A stretch of 64,000 nucleotides of DNA from Acidobacteriota bacterium (GTDB lineage: Bacteria > Acidobacteriota > Terriglobia > Terriglobales > Acidobacteriaceae). Shown here piece after piece: positions 46,562-54,232 of the stretch. Where the stretch lies: contig JAJXWS010000001.1 of the NCBI GenBank assembly GCA_021781495.1, positions 73,551-137,550 on the forward strand. Reading direction: 5' to 3'. Below the pieces are notes generated by a model, which made no database searches, was not told the DNA's origin, and saw only the letters and a list, made by a program, of their open reading frames with translations. Positions within the stretch are counted from its first letter, which is position 1, and each line of letters starts with the position of its first letter. Position numbers and translations under genes: made by a program.

Positions 46562-47752
46562 TCAGTTCGTATACACCCGCACGTAGTCCACCAGCATCTC
46601 CGACGGAAACGGCGTCGTCGCATCCGGGCTGCCCGGCCACTGTCCGCCCACCGCCAGGTTCAGGATAAGAAAGTTGCCGCCCGCGTCAAACGGCCACACC
46701 GAGCCGCCCAGGCTGCTGATGCTCGAGGTCGTGTACGTCACGTATGGATGTGTCGGGTCGTCGATGTAATAGGCCACCGTTCCCTTGCTCCAGATCATCC
46801 CGTACGTGTGCCACTGCGCCGCCGTCTCTCCGCTCGGGAAGTAGTACTTCGTGCTCAGGTTGGTGCCCGTAAAGCCGGTTCCGTGGACGGAGCCTGCATT
46901 CCAGTCCGGCGTCAGTGCCGGGCCCACGCGCTCCAGCACATCCTGCTCGCCGCAGGCTGGCCAGTTCACCGTCTTGATGTTGTTGCCCAGCAGCCACACC
47001 GCCGGCCAAAGCCCCTGCGCCTCCGGCACCATCGCCCGAATCTCCAGCCGTCCGTACTGCAGGCTGAACAACCCCTGCGACTTCAACCGCGCAGAGCTGT
47101 ACACACCCGCCGAGGGCTGCCGCGCCACAATGTGCAGATAGCCATCCGTGCCCACATACGCATTCGGATTCGACGCGTCGCACGGCGAACCCGTCGCGCC
47201 CCAAGCGCAGTAGTACTCCAGCTCGTTGTTGCCCCAGCCGCCAGCGCCCGTGTCGTAGCCCCACACCGTCGGATTCGGCTGTGCCGGCGCGCCCGTCGTA
47301 TTCGTGAACTCATCCGACCACACCAGCGTTCCAGCCGCGATATTCGCCGCGAACGACTGCGTGGCCACCGTGCTCGCCGCGCCGCCCGATACCATCGCCA
47401 TCGCCTTCAGCGTTATGTTCGACGCCACCAGAAACGGCGCCTGGTACTGCGCCGAGTTCGTAGTCGGCGTGCTGCCGTCCGTCGTGTAATAGATTTGCGC
47501 TCCGGTGGTCGTGTCGCTCAGCGTCACAATCTCCGCACCGTTCTGCGCCGCCGCGGTCGCAATCGTCGGTGTCGCCGCCGGCGTGGAGCCGCCCGTCGTC
47601 CCGCTCATGCTGGTTCCGCCGCTGCACCCGGTGGCAAGCCCCACCATCGCCCACACCGCCAGCATGGACCGCACCCAATGCCGCTTCTGCCGCTGCGCCG
47701 CTTCGTCGCCTGGCGTTGTTCTCAACCCCATCTGCCCTTCATTCCGTCGCAT
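46562..47752 (-). CDS. Lipoprotein GH16 (laminarinase/beta-glucanase-like) with an Fn3-associated/chitobiase-like domain
   Basis: Lipobox LATGC; IYYTTDGSTPTTNS..Y..P; LVWSDEF, GGWGNNELEYY, YSSARL, YGRLEIRA, GLWPAVWLLG, catalytic EQDVLE (ExDxxE), MLVDYVRVY; start 47752 or 47731. Confidence 0.9.
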   Translation of the reverse strand: MRRNEGQMGLRTTPGDEAAQRQKRHWVRSMLAVWAMVGLATGCSGGTSMSGTTGGSTPAATPTIATAAAQNGAEIVTLSDTTTGAQIYYTTDGSTPTTNSAQYQAPFLVASNITLKAMAMVSGGAASTVATQSFAANIAAGTLVWSDEFTNTTGAPAQPNPTVWGYDTGAGGWGNNELEYYCAWGATGSPCDASNPNAYVGTDGYLHIVARQPSAGVYSSARLKSQGLFSLQYGRLEIRAMVPEAQGLWPAVWLLGNNIKTVNWPACGEQDVLERVGPALTPDWNAGSVHGTGFTGTNLSTKYYFPSGETAAQWHTYGMIWSKGTVAYYIDDPTHPYVTYTTSSISSLGGSVWPFDAGGNFLILNLAVGGQWPGSPDATTPFPSEMLVDYVRVYTN

Positions 47753-47908
47753 TGTTCTACCCCGCCTGTGGTCTCCGCAGGCACATATCTTCCAGCGCCA
47801 CGGTCCCCGGCTGTCCATCTTCCCGCTTTTGCGCGTCTCCGCACAAGTTGGAGCACTCCGGGCCGCCCGCAACAGGCCACCCGGAGTGCCATTGTTTCTT
47901 GCCCAGGT

Positions 47909-50900
47909 TTAGAAGGTCAAGCGTGCTCCAAACTGGCCCACACGGCCTCCCACTCCGCCATAGCTGATGATCTGCCCGAAGGTTCCATCCGCCATGTTCG
48001 TGTCCGGTCCACCCAGCTGATTGCGATTGAACAGGTTGAAGAACTCCATGCGCATCGTCAGGTTGTAGCGTCCGTCCGGTCCCATCGCGATGCTCTTGTG
48101 CAGGCCCAGATCCTCGGTCGCCAGACCTGGATTCCGCACCTGCTCCTGGAAGTTGCCCGCCGTGCCAAGCTGCCCCGGCGCGGGGTTCTCGAAGCAGGAG
48201 GTATTCAGATACGGCTGGAAGAGCTTGCGCTTGCCCGTCGTCAGCTTGCAGCCTGACGCCAGATTCACATACACCGCGTTGAAGCCCGGATAGTAGTTCG
48301 TCGAGTGCACCTGGATAGGCGTGCCCGTGTTGTAGTGGAAGTCTCCGTTCAGGCTCCACCCGTTGATGATGGTGTTCACCACGCCGTTCACCCCGTTGAA
48401 CAGCGCCTGTCCGCGACCGAAGGGCAGGTTGTAGATGATGTAGCCCTTCACAATGTGCGTCATGTCAAACGACGAGATGTTCTTCGCTTCGTTCTTCAGG
48501 TCGTAGATGTTCTGCAGGCTGCCCGTCCACCACAGTTCCTCGAAGCCCGAGTCCACGTCGCCGTGCACCCGCGCCCAGGCGTAGCTACCCTGCAGAGAGA
48601 GTCCCTTCGCCGACCGCTTCGTCACGCTCAGCTGCAGGCTCTTGTAGTCAGAGTTGCCCAGCGGCGGCCCCACCGTGAACAGCGGACCATACGACACCGC
48701 CACCTGCGGATAGGGCGTAATGCCCTGCCAACCGGGGCCTCCATATCCCCACGCCGGGTTGGCTACATACGAATCCGGGAATTTCCCATTCAGTACGTAG
48801 TTCTGCATGTTGGCTACGGTCGGCTGGTTGGTCAGCAGGAAGCCGCTCTGCAGATGGTAGCTGTGGCTCTGGATCCAGTCCGCGTCCACAATGGTTTCCC
48901 GCGCCACTTCCCGCTGCACACCCACGCTGTACTGCTGCGTGTTGCCCGGCGTCAGCGAGCGCGGATCGATGCTCACCACGCCCCACTGCGTGTAGTCCGG
49001 CGTCTGCACCTGCGACAGCACCGGCTGATAGCCATTGTCCCAGTTGAAGTTCGCCTCCGAGCTGTGCTGGTAGTAGCCCGGGTTGCCCGTCTGCTGATAC
49101 GGAATGCCGCCCCACGTGTTCAGGTTCAGCGGCGTAAAGAACACGCCGATATTCCCGCGCACCACCGTCTTCTCGGTCACCTTGTACGCAATGCCGATGT
49201 GCGGCGCGTAGTTGTAGTAGTTCTGGCGAGTCTCAAACGACTGGCTGCCGTTCTTCAGATACTTGTACAGCCCCATCTCTTTCGTGACAGGGTTCATCTC
49301 GTTGAGCACAAAGCTCGACCAGTGTCCGTACTTTTCCTTGTAGGGGTTGTTGAAGTCCCAACGCAGGCTCAGGTTCACCGTCAGTCGCGGATTCACCTTG
49401 AAGTCATCCGTGACGTACCACGAGAACGCCTTGCGCCGGCCATACACCGGATCCGCCGGCATCTCGGTCGCCAGGTAAACGTCGCCCAGCAGGAAGCTGC
49501 CGAACGCGTTGCCCAGCTGGTTGTAGGCGCTGTAGTGCCACCAGTTCGGCGCCGTTGTCACAGGGTCAAAGTGAATATTGTTGAAGGTGCCCGAGTCAGG
49601 ATGGCTGTTGAACTGCATCGCGCGGAATTCCACGCCGAACTTGACGTTATGGCGTCCGCGATTCCACGACAGCTCATCGCTGTAGATGAACGTGTTGCCG
49701 GCATAGAAGTCATTGAACTGGCTGCCCAGTCCAGAGAAGTTCCAGCCGTTCTGGTAGTTGCCTCCGTTGGTGTACATGCCGGAATCAAACACCACCAGCG
49801 GGAAGTTGCCTGCGCCCGCGTTGATGCCCAGCTTCTTGTCCCAGCCCGCCGCCTGCGAAATAGCAATGCTCGGGTTGCGGAACCGGTTGAACGTCGCATA
49901 CACCGTGTTCACCAGCGTCGGTGAGAAGGTGTACGTGTCGCTCAGGCGCGCGCCCGGCGCCGTCGTGTTATGCCAATAGGCATTGGCCATCGGCCCGCCG
50001 TACTGGCTGTTCGGCGACCACACGCCGCCCTGGTCAGCGTTGATGCGCGGATAGTTGTCGTAGTAGAACGAGCCGTTAATGTGTTGCCGCTCGCTCGCGT
50101 TGTAGTCCATCTTGATGCTGCTCTGCGTGTTGTGGAACCACGGGTCGGGGTTGTACGCCGGGCCCGCATTGTTTGCCGGCAGCGTCGACTCCGGCTTGTA
50201 GTACTGGTGAAACAGCTGCACAATCTGCGCTGACGTCGCGCTGATGCGGCTCGTGGGAATCTGGTTGTTCACAAACACGCAGCCGAACGCGCCATTCGCC
50301 GTGGTCGCCGGATCGATGATCGCGCCCTGATAAACCGGGTTTCCGCAGTCATCGGTGGCCGGCGCGCCGCCGCCCCAGGGATAGATCGGTACGCTCGGCG
50401 AGAGCATCGGGCTCAGGTCGGCAAACTGCGTCGGGGTGCCGTTTGAGTCCAGGCCCAGCATCGCGTCCGTGGGCACCGTGCGCGAGTTCGGGCCCAGGCT
50501 CCACATCGCCTGCATGTACCGCTCAAACGCGCCAAAGTAGAACAGCTTGTCCTTCACGATTGCGCCGCCAAAGCTGCCGCCCCAGTCAGAAAGCGAATCG
50601 CTCTTGTGCAGATACGAGTCCGCGTTCGCCGGGTCCGTAACCGCCGCCAGGTGGTTCGACGCGCTCAGCGCATCCAGCGCCGTCGAGTGCATAAAGCCAA
50701 ACAGCGAGCCGTGAATCTGGTTCGTGCCCGACTTCATCTCGTACCGGAATACGCCGCCGCCGCTGCGGCCCGCATCGGCACTGATGCCCGCCGTATCCGC
50801 CTGGAACTCCTGCACCGCCTCCATCGGCGGCTGCGACTCGCTGATGTAGCCGCCCAGCTGCGATACCGCTGACGTGCCGTCAATCAGCACTTCCTTCGTC

Positions 50901-51445
50901 AGCGCCATGCTGCCGTCAATGTGCGAGCTGTAGTCGGAGCCCTCCGCGCCCGGCACATACGCAAAGATGAAGTTGGAAAGGTTGCGGCTCCCCTGCACGT
51001 TCAGCGGCAACTCACTCACCGCTTCGCTGTTCAGGTTCGTGCCCACCGCGGTGTTCTCCGTCTGCAGCAGCGGAGTCGCGCTGGTCACTTCCACGGTCTC
51101 CGTCGCGCCGCCCACCTGCAGCGTCGGATCAATCTCCGCCACCTGGCTGATCAGCAGCGTCAGTCCCTTCCGGTCCAGAGTCTTGAAACCGTTCTTCGAA
51201 AACCGGACCGAATAGTTCCCGATGGGCAGGTTCCCCACCCGGTAGAAACCAAACTTGTCTGTCGTCGTGGTTGAAATTTCATTGGTGCCGGTGTTCGTCA
51301 CTTCTACCTGAACGCCCGGCAGCACGGCCGTCGATGCGTCTTTGACGGTTCCGGTAATTGTCGCTCGATCCGACTGCGCCCAGAGCGGCGCGGCCAGGCC
51401 AACGAACAGGGCAAGGACGAGAATCCACGTCCTTCTCAGCGTCAT
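47909..51445 (-). CDS. TonB-dependent receptor, Oar/carboxypeptidase-regulatory-domain type
   Basis: Signal peptide, ATITGTVKDASTAVLPGVQV, LPLNVQG, AVQEFQA, LSLRWDF, C-terminal GQFGARLTF. Confidence 0.93.
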   Translation of the reverse strand: MTLRRTWILVLALFVGLAAPLWAQSDRATITGTVKDASTAVLPGVQVEVTNTGTNEISTTTTDKFGFYRVGNLPIGNYSVRFSKNGFKTLDRKGLTLLISQVAEIDPTLQVGGATETVEVTSATPLLQTENTAVGTNLNSEAVSELPLNVQGSRNLSNFIFAYVPGAEGSDYSSHIDGSMALTKEVLIDGTSAVSQLGGYISESQPPMEAVQEFQADTAGISADAGRSGGGVFRYEMKSGTNQIHGSLFGFMHSTALDALSASNHLAAVTDPANADSYLHKSDSLSDWGGSFGGAIVKDKLFYFGAFERYMQAMWSLGPNSRTVPTDAMLGLDSNGTPTQFADLSPMLSPSVPIYPWGGGAPATDDCGNPVYQGAIIDPATTANGAFGCVFVNNQIPTSRISATSAQIVQLFHQYYKPESTLPANNAGPAYNPDPWFHNTQSSIKMDYNASERQHINGSFYYDNYPRINADQGGVWSPNSQYGGPMANAYWHNTTAPGARLSDTYTFSPTLVNTVYATFNRFRNPSIAISQAAGWDKKLGINAGAGNFPLVVFDSGMYTNGGNYQNGWNFSGLGSQFNDFYAGNTFIYSDELSWNRGRHNVKFGVEFRAMQFNSHPDSGTFNNIHFDPVTTAPNWWHYSAYNQLGNAFGSFLLGDVYLATEMPADPVYGRRKAFSWYVTDDFKVNPRLTVNLSLRWDFNNPYKEKYGHWSSFVLNEMNPVTKEMGLYKYLKNGSQSFETRQNYYNYAPHIGIAYKVTEKTVVRGNIGVFFTPLNLNTWGGIPYQQTGNPGYYQHSSEANFNWDNGYQPVLSQVQTPDYTQWGVVSIDPRSLTPGNTQQYSVGVQREVARETIVDADWIQSHSYHLQSGFLLTNQPTVANMQNYVLNGKFPDSYVANPAWGYGGPGWQGITPYPQVAVSYGPLFTVGPPLGNSDYKSLQLSVTKRSAKGLSLQGSYAWARVHGDVDSGFEELWWTGSLQNIYDLKNEAKNISSFDMTHIVKGYIIYNLPFGRGQALFNGVNGVVNTIINGWSLNGDFHYNTGTPIQVHSTNYYPGFNAVYVNLASGCKLTTGKRKLFQPYLNTSCFENPAPGQLGTAGNFQEQVRNPGLATEDLGLHKSIAMGPDGRYNLTMRMEFFNLFNRNQLGGPDTNMADGTFGQIISYGGVGGRVGQFGARLTF

Positions 51446-51549
51446 GGGAATGCCTCCAAATGATGCATGGTCCAGTCACCACCCCGCAGCGACGCCTTGC
51501 CTGTCCCGGCAGCTTTCGCCTCGTTTCGCGTGTTTCCGGAGCCACAATT

Positions 51550-51574
51550 TAAACCAGTTTTTTAAACCGGTTTA
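51550..51574. promoter_or_regulatory. Tandem LacI-family operator
   Basis: Perfect palindrome TAAACCGGTTTA (51563-51574, central CG) next to degenerate TAAACCAGTTTT (51550-51561), between the divergent TBDR and LacI genes. Confidence 0.7.
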
Positions 51575-51639
51575 GATTTTGCATTATTTGAGCTTTTTTC
51601 CTGTGCGATTGTCAACTGTCTTTTGCTACTATCGCTTCA

Positions 51640-52716
51640 GTGTCCAAGCCAAAACGATCGACGACCGCAAAACCAAGACCCCTTCCCAATGGCGATAAAC
51701 CCATAGGATTGCGCGACTTGGCTGCCTACCTCGGCCTCTCCCGCTCCACCGTCTCCCTCGTCCTCAACAACTCCCCCGTCGCCCAGGGACTCAAGCCGGA
51801 GACCCGCGAGCGCGTCTTCAAGGCCGCCCACGAACTCAACTACCGCGCCAACTACTTCGCCCGGGTCCTCAACAAGAAGCGCAGCCACATGATCGGCATC
51901 CTCTCCCCCGACCTCACCGAGGGCTACGACTCCGAGCTCCTCACCGCCATGGAGGACCTGCTGATCGAGCGCAACTACGTCTACTTCATCTCCAGCCACC
52001 ACTGGAACCACAACCGCATCCAGCAGCTGCTCCAGGTCTTCGTCGAGCGCGGAGCGGAAGGCATCATCCTCATCAACACCCCCGTTGACGCGGCCCCCAA
52101 CATCCCCCTCGTCTCCATCGGCAGCCTCACCCACGACTTTCCCGTCACCAGCATCGGCATCAACAACACCCTCGGCGTGCGCAAGGCCCTCGACCACCTC
52201 TACGCCCTCGGTCACCGACGGATCGCCTTATTCAAAGGCCACGCCGGTTCCAGTGACACGGAATCCCGCTGGCAAGCCGTTCAGCACGGCTGCCAACAGC
52301 TTGGCCTCGCGGTAAACGAGCGCCTGGTTGTTCAGCTTGAGCGCATCCGCGACGGCCTCGACCCCATCCGCGAGGGCTATCTGGCTGCCAACCGGCTGCT
52401 CCAGTCCGGTGAGCCCTTCACCGCCCTGCTGGCCTTCAATGACATGTCTGCCATCGGCGCCATCCACGCCCTGCGAGACGCCGGCCGCCACGTCCCTCAG
52501 GATGTCTCCGTCGTCGGCTTCGACGATGTGCAGGCCGCCACCATCGTGCAGCCCGCGCTCACCACCGTGCGCCAGCCCCTCGACCGCATGGGCGTCCTGG
52601 CCACCACGGAGATGCTCGCGCGCATTGAAGAGCCCACCCATCCCGTGGAGCAGTTCTGCCTGGAGCCCGAGCTGGTGGTGCGCAAATCCTCCGCGCCCTG
52701 CCCGCAGCCCGCCTAG
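51640..52716 (+). CDS. LacI-family transcriptional regulator
   Basis: GLRDLAAYLGLSRSTVSLVLN HTH, YRANYFARVL, FNDMSAIGA, VSVVGFDD, PALTTVRQP. Confidence 0.93.
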   Translation: MSKPKRSTTAKPRPLPNGDKPIGLRDLAAYLGLSRSTVSLVLNNSPVAQGLKPETRERVFKAAHELNYRANYFARVLNKKRSHMIGILSPDLTEGYDSELLTAMEDLLIERNYVYFISSHHWNHNRIQQLLQVFVERGAEGIILINTPVDAAPNIPLVSIGSLTHDFPVTSIGINNTLGVRKALDHLYALGHRRIALFKGHAGSSDTESRWQAVQHGCQQLGLAVNERLVVQLERIRDGLDPIREGYLAANRLLQSGEPFTALLAFNDMSAIGAIHALRDAGRHVPQDVSVVGFDDVQAATIVQPALTTVRQPLDRMGVLATTEMLARIEEPTHPVEQFCLEPELVVRKSSAPCPQPA

Positions 52717-52756
52717 CGCCCGTTCTTTTCCGTCAGGCCCGTCAGCAGCAGCGCCG

Positions 52757-52993
52757 TTACTCTCCGCCGCAAAAACCGCCGCCACCGCAGCACGGCCCGC
52801 CCATCCCGCACGCCGGGCCGGCCTCCGAGTAGCTCGACTGCCCGCCCTTGGAGATGGCTCCCGCGCCGCCGCTGATCAGCCGCCGCAGCGCCGCCCCGCA
52901 CTTCGGGCATGCCGCCAGCGGCGCATCCGACATCTTCTGGCGCTGCTCAAAGCAGTATCCGCACGTCTCGCACTTGTACTCGTATGCTGGCAT
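52757..52993 (-). CDS. FmdB-family Zn-ribbon regulatory protein (CxxC_CxxC_SSSS) with Cys/Gly tail
   Basis: MPAYEYKCETCG..FE..QKMSD.....CPKCG...RRLIS; tail CGMGGPCCGGGGFCGGE. Confidence 0.88.
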   Translation of the reverse strand: MPAYEYKCETCGYCFEQRQKMSDAPLAACPKCGAALRRLISGGAGAISKGGQSSYSEAGPACGMGGPCCGGGGFCGGE

Positions 52994-53095
52994 CGATCAA
53001 TACCTCAATCCTGGGTTGCTGAAATCCATTATAAAAAGGCCGCCGCGCACTCTGCCGGCGGGTTTGCGCCACCGGCAGGGTCCGCTGTCAGGCCA

Positions 53096-53485
53096 TTACT
53101 TCTGTGCTGCGCTCTTCGCCATCTCCTGGTGAAGTGCCGCCAGTTCCTGCATCTTTGTCGCCGAGTCCTTCAGCGACTGCGCAATATATTCGCAGTGGTT
53201 CACCGTCCCCGTTGCCCACTTCGACGAGCTGATCAACGGATTCTTCCTGTACTGCTCCGCCATCTGCGCATGTTCCTGCGACTCGGCAAGATACTTCCTT
53301 GCCTGCGCGTCATAGTACTGCGCAATGCGCTCATGTTCCGCTGGGGTCTTGGCCGTGGCAATCAGCGCCATCAGCTGCTGCCTGCTCAGTTTCTCCGCGG
53401 GGTGCTGGTGCTGCATGGTCGCCTGGCCATAGGCGGAGAAGGCCAGCGCAAACGTCAGTGCGATTACGGCAAATGTGTGTTTCAT
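53096..53485 (-). CDS. Secreted helical His/Met-rich protein, putative metal-binding
   Basis: AGGAG RBS; signal peptide; MQHQH, AKTPAEHERIAQYY, EHAQMAEQY, NHCEYIA, LHQEMA. Confidence 0.8.
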   Translation of the reverse strand: MKHTFAVIALTFALAFSAYGQATMQHQHPAEKLSRQQLMALIATAKTPAEHERIAQYYDAQARKYLAESQEHAQMAEQYRKNPLISSSKWATGTVNHCEYIAQSLKDSATKMQELAALHQEMAKSAAQK

Positions 53486-53582
53486 CGGAATCTCCTATGC
53501 GAGTTGCATTCGATCGACTATCGGCTCTCAGTAGCCTCAACGGCCCTGAAGAAGGAATCGTTGCGGTGTCGCGTAGGAAGGT

Positions 53583-53999
53583 CTAGATCCGGAAGACTCG
53601 CAGGCAAAGATAGCGTTCATTCTTCGGCGTGCGCACATCTCTTCGCGCCGGGCGGCCGCTCATGCCCACGCGCTGCGCACGCACGGCAACTGTATCCGTT
53701 GCCTGCGCCGCCAATGCATTCTGCCCCAGTGTCGGTTCCATGCGCAGAATCGCTCGCCGCGCTACGGAAACCCGGCACCCCTGCTCGCCGCACGCCGCCT
53801 CAAACAGCGCTCGCGGATTCGCAACTCTGTGGCTCGCCACGCCGGCGGCCATGTTCATGCCGCTCATCTGCATACAGCAGCCTGCGCCGCAGTGGCTCTG
53901 CGCGCACGCAGCCGGAATGCACTCCTGCTCTCCCATCGCCTGTTGCAGCGTAAGCAGCGACGCAAGTACAAGCACCACGAGTTGGACGGCTCGCTTCAT
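53583..53999 (-). CDS. Cys/Met-rich signal-peptide ORF ending YLCLRVFRI, candidate regulatory upstream ORF
   Basis: Start moved to ATG 53999; MKRAVQLVVLVLASLLTLQQAMG, then ECIPAACAQSHCGAGCCMQMSGMNM...CGEQGC; co-oriented 97 nt upstream of 53096..53485. Confidence 0.65.
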   Translation of the reverse strand: MKRAVQLVVLVLASLLTLQQAMGEQECIPAACAQSHCGAGCCMQMSGMNMAAGVASHRVANPRALFEAACGEQGCRVSVARRAILRMEPTLGQNALAAQATDTVAVRAQRVGMSGRPARRDVRTPKNERYLCLRVFRI

Positions 54000-54041
54000 C
54001 CTCAGAGCAATCCAAGTATCCCGCGCTGCAGGAATCCCTGA

Positions 54042-54057
54042 TGTGACTCGCGTCACC
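54042..54057. promoter_or_regulatory. CRP/FNR-family-like box (class II position for the Cys-rich ORF)
   Basis: TGTGA-CTCGCG-TCACC; centred 41.5 bp from a +1 predicted from GATACT (54020-54015, minus strand). Confidence 0.55.
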
Positions 54058-54074
54058 CCCTGCTTGCGGCACTG

Positions 54075-54090
54075 AGTGACTTCCATCACA
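54075..54090. promoter_or_regulatory. Second CRP/FNR-family-like box in the divergent intergenic region
   Basis: AGTGA-CTTCCA-TCACA, 33 bp from the first box. Confidence 0.55.
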
Positions 54091-54232
54091 GACGCGCTTC
54101 TTCCGCCGCATTCCAATAAAGACAAATTGTGAGCAGGCACGCATGGCAGCTCCTGCACGTCGCTTCGGATCGGCTGCACGACCCTCTGCCATCCAGTCCA
54201 TGCATCCCTTGCTTCCCTTGGAGGAAATCAGG

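Noticed and set aside
54125-54134. AATTGTGAGC, identical to a lac operator half-site
   Set aside because: There is no matching second half (TGTGA-N6-ACGCA), so it is likely chance.
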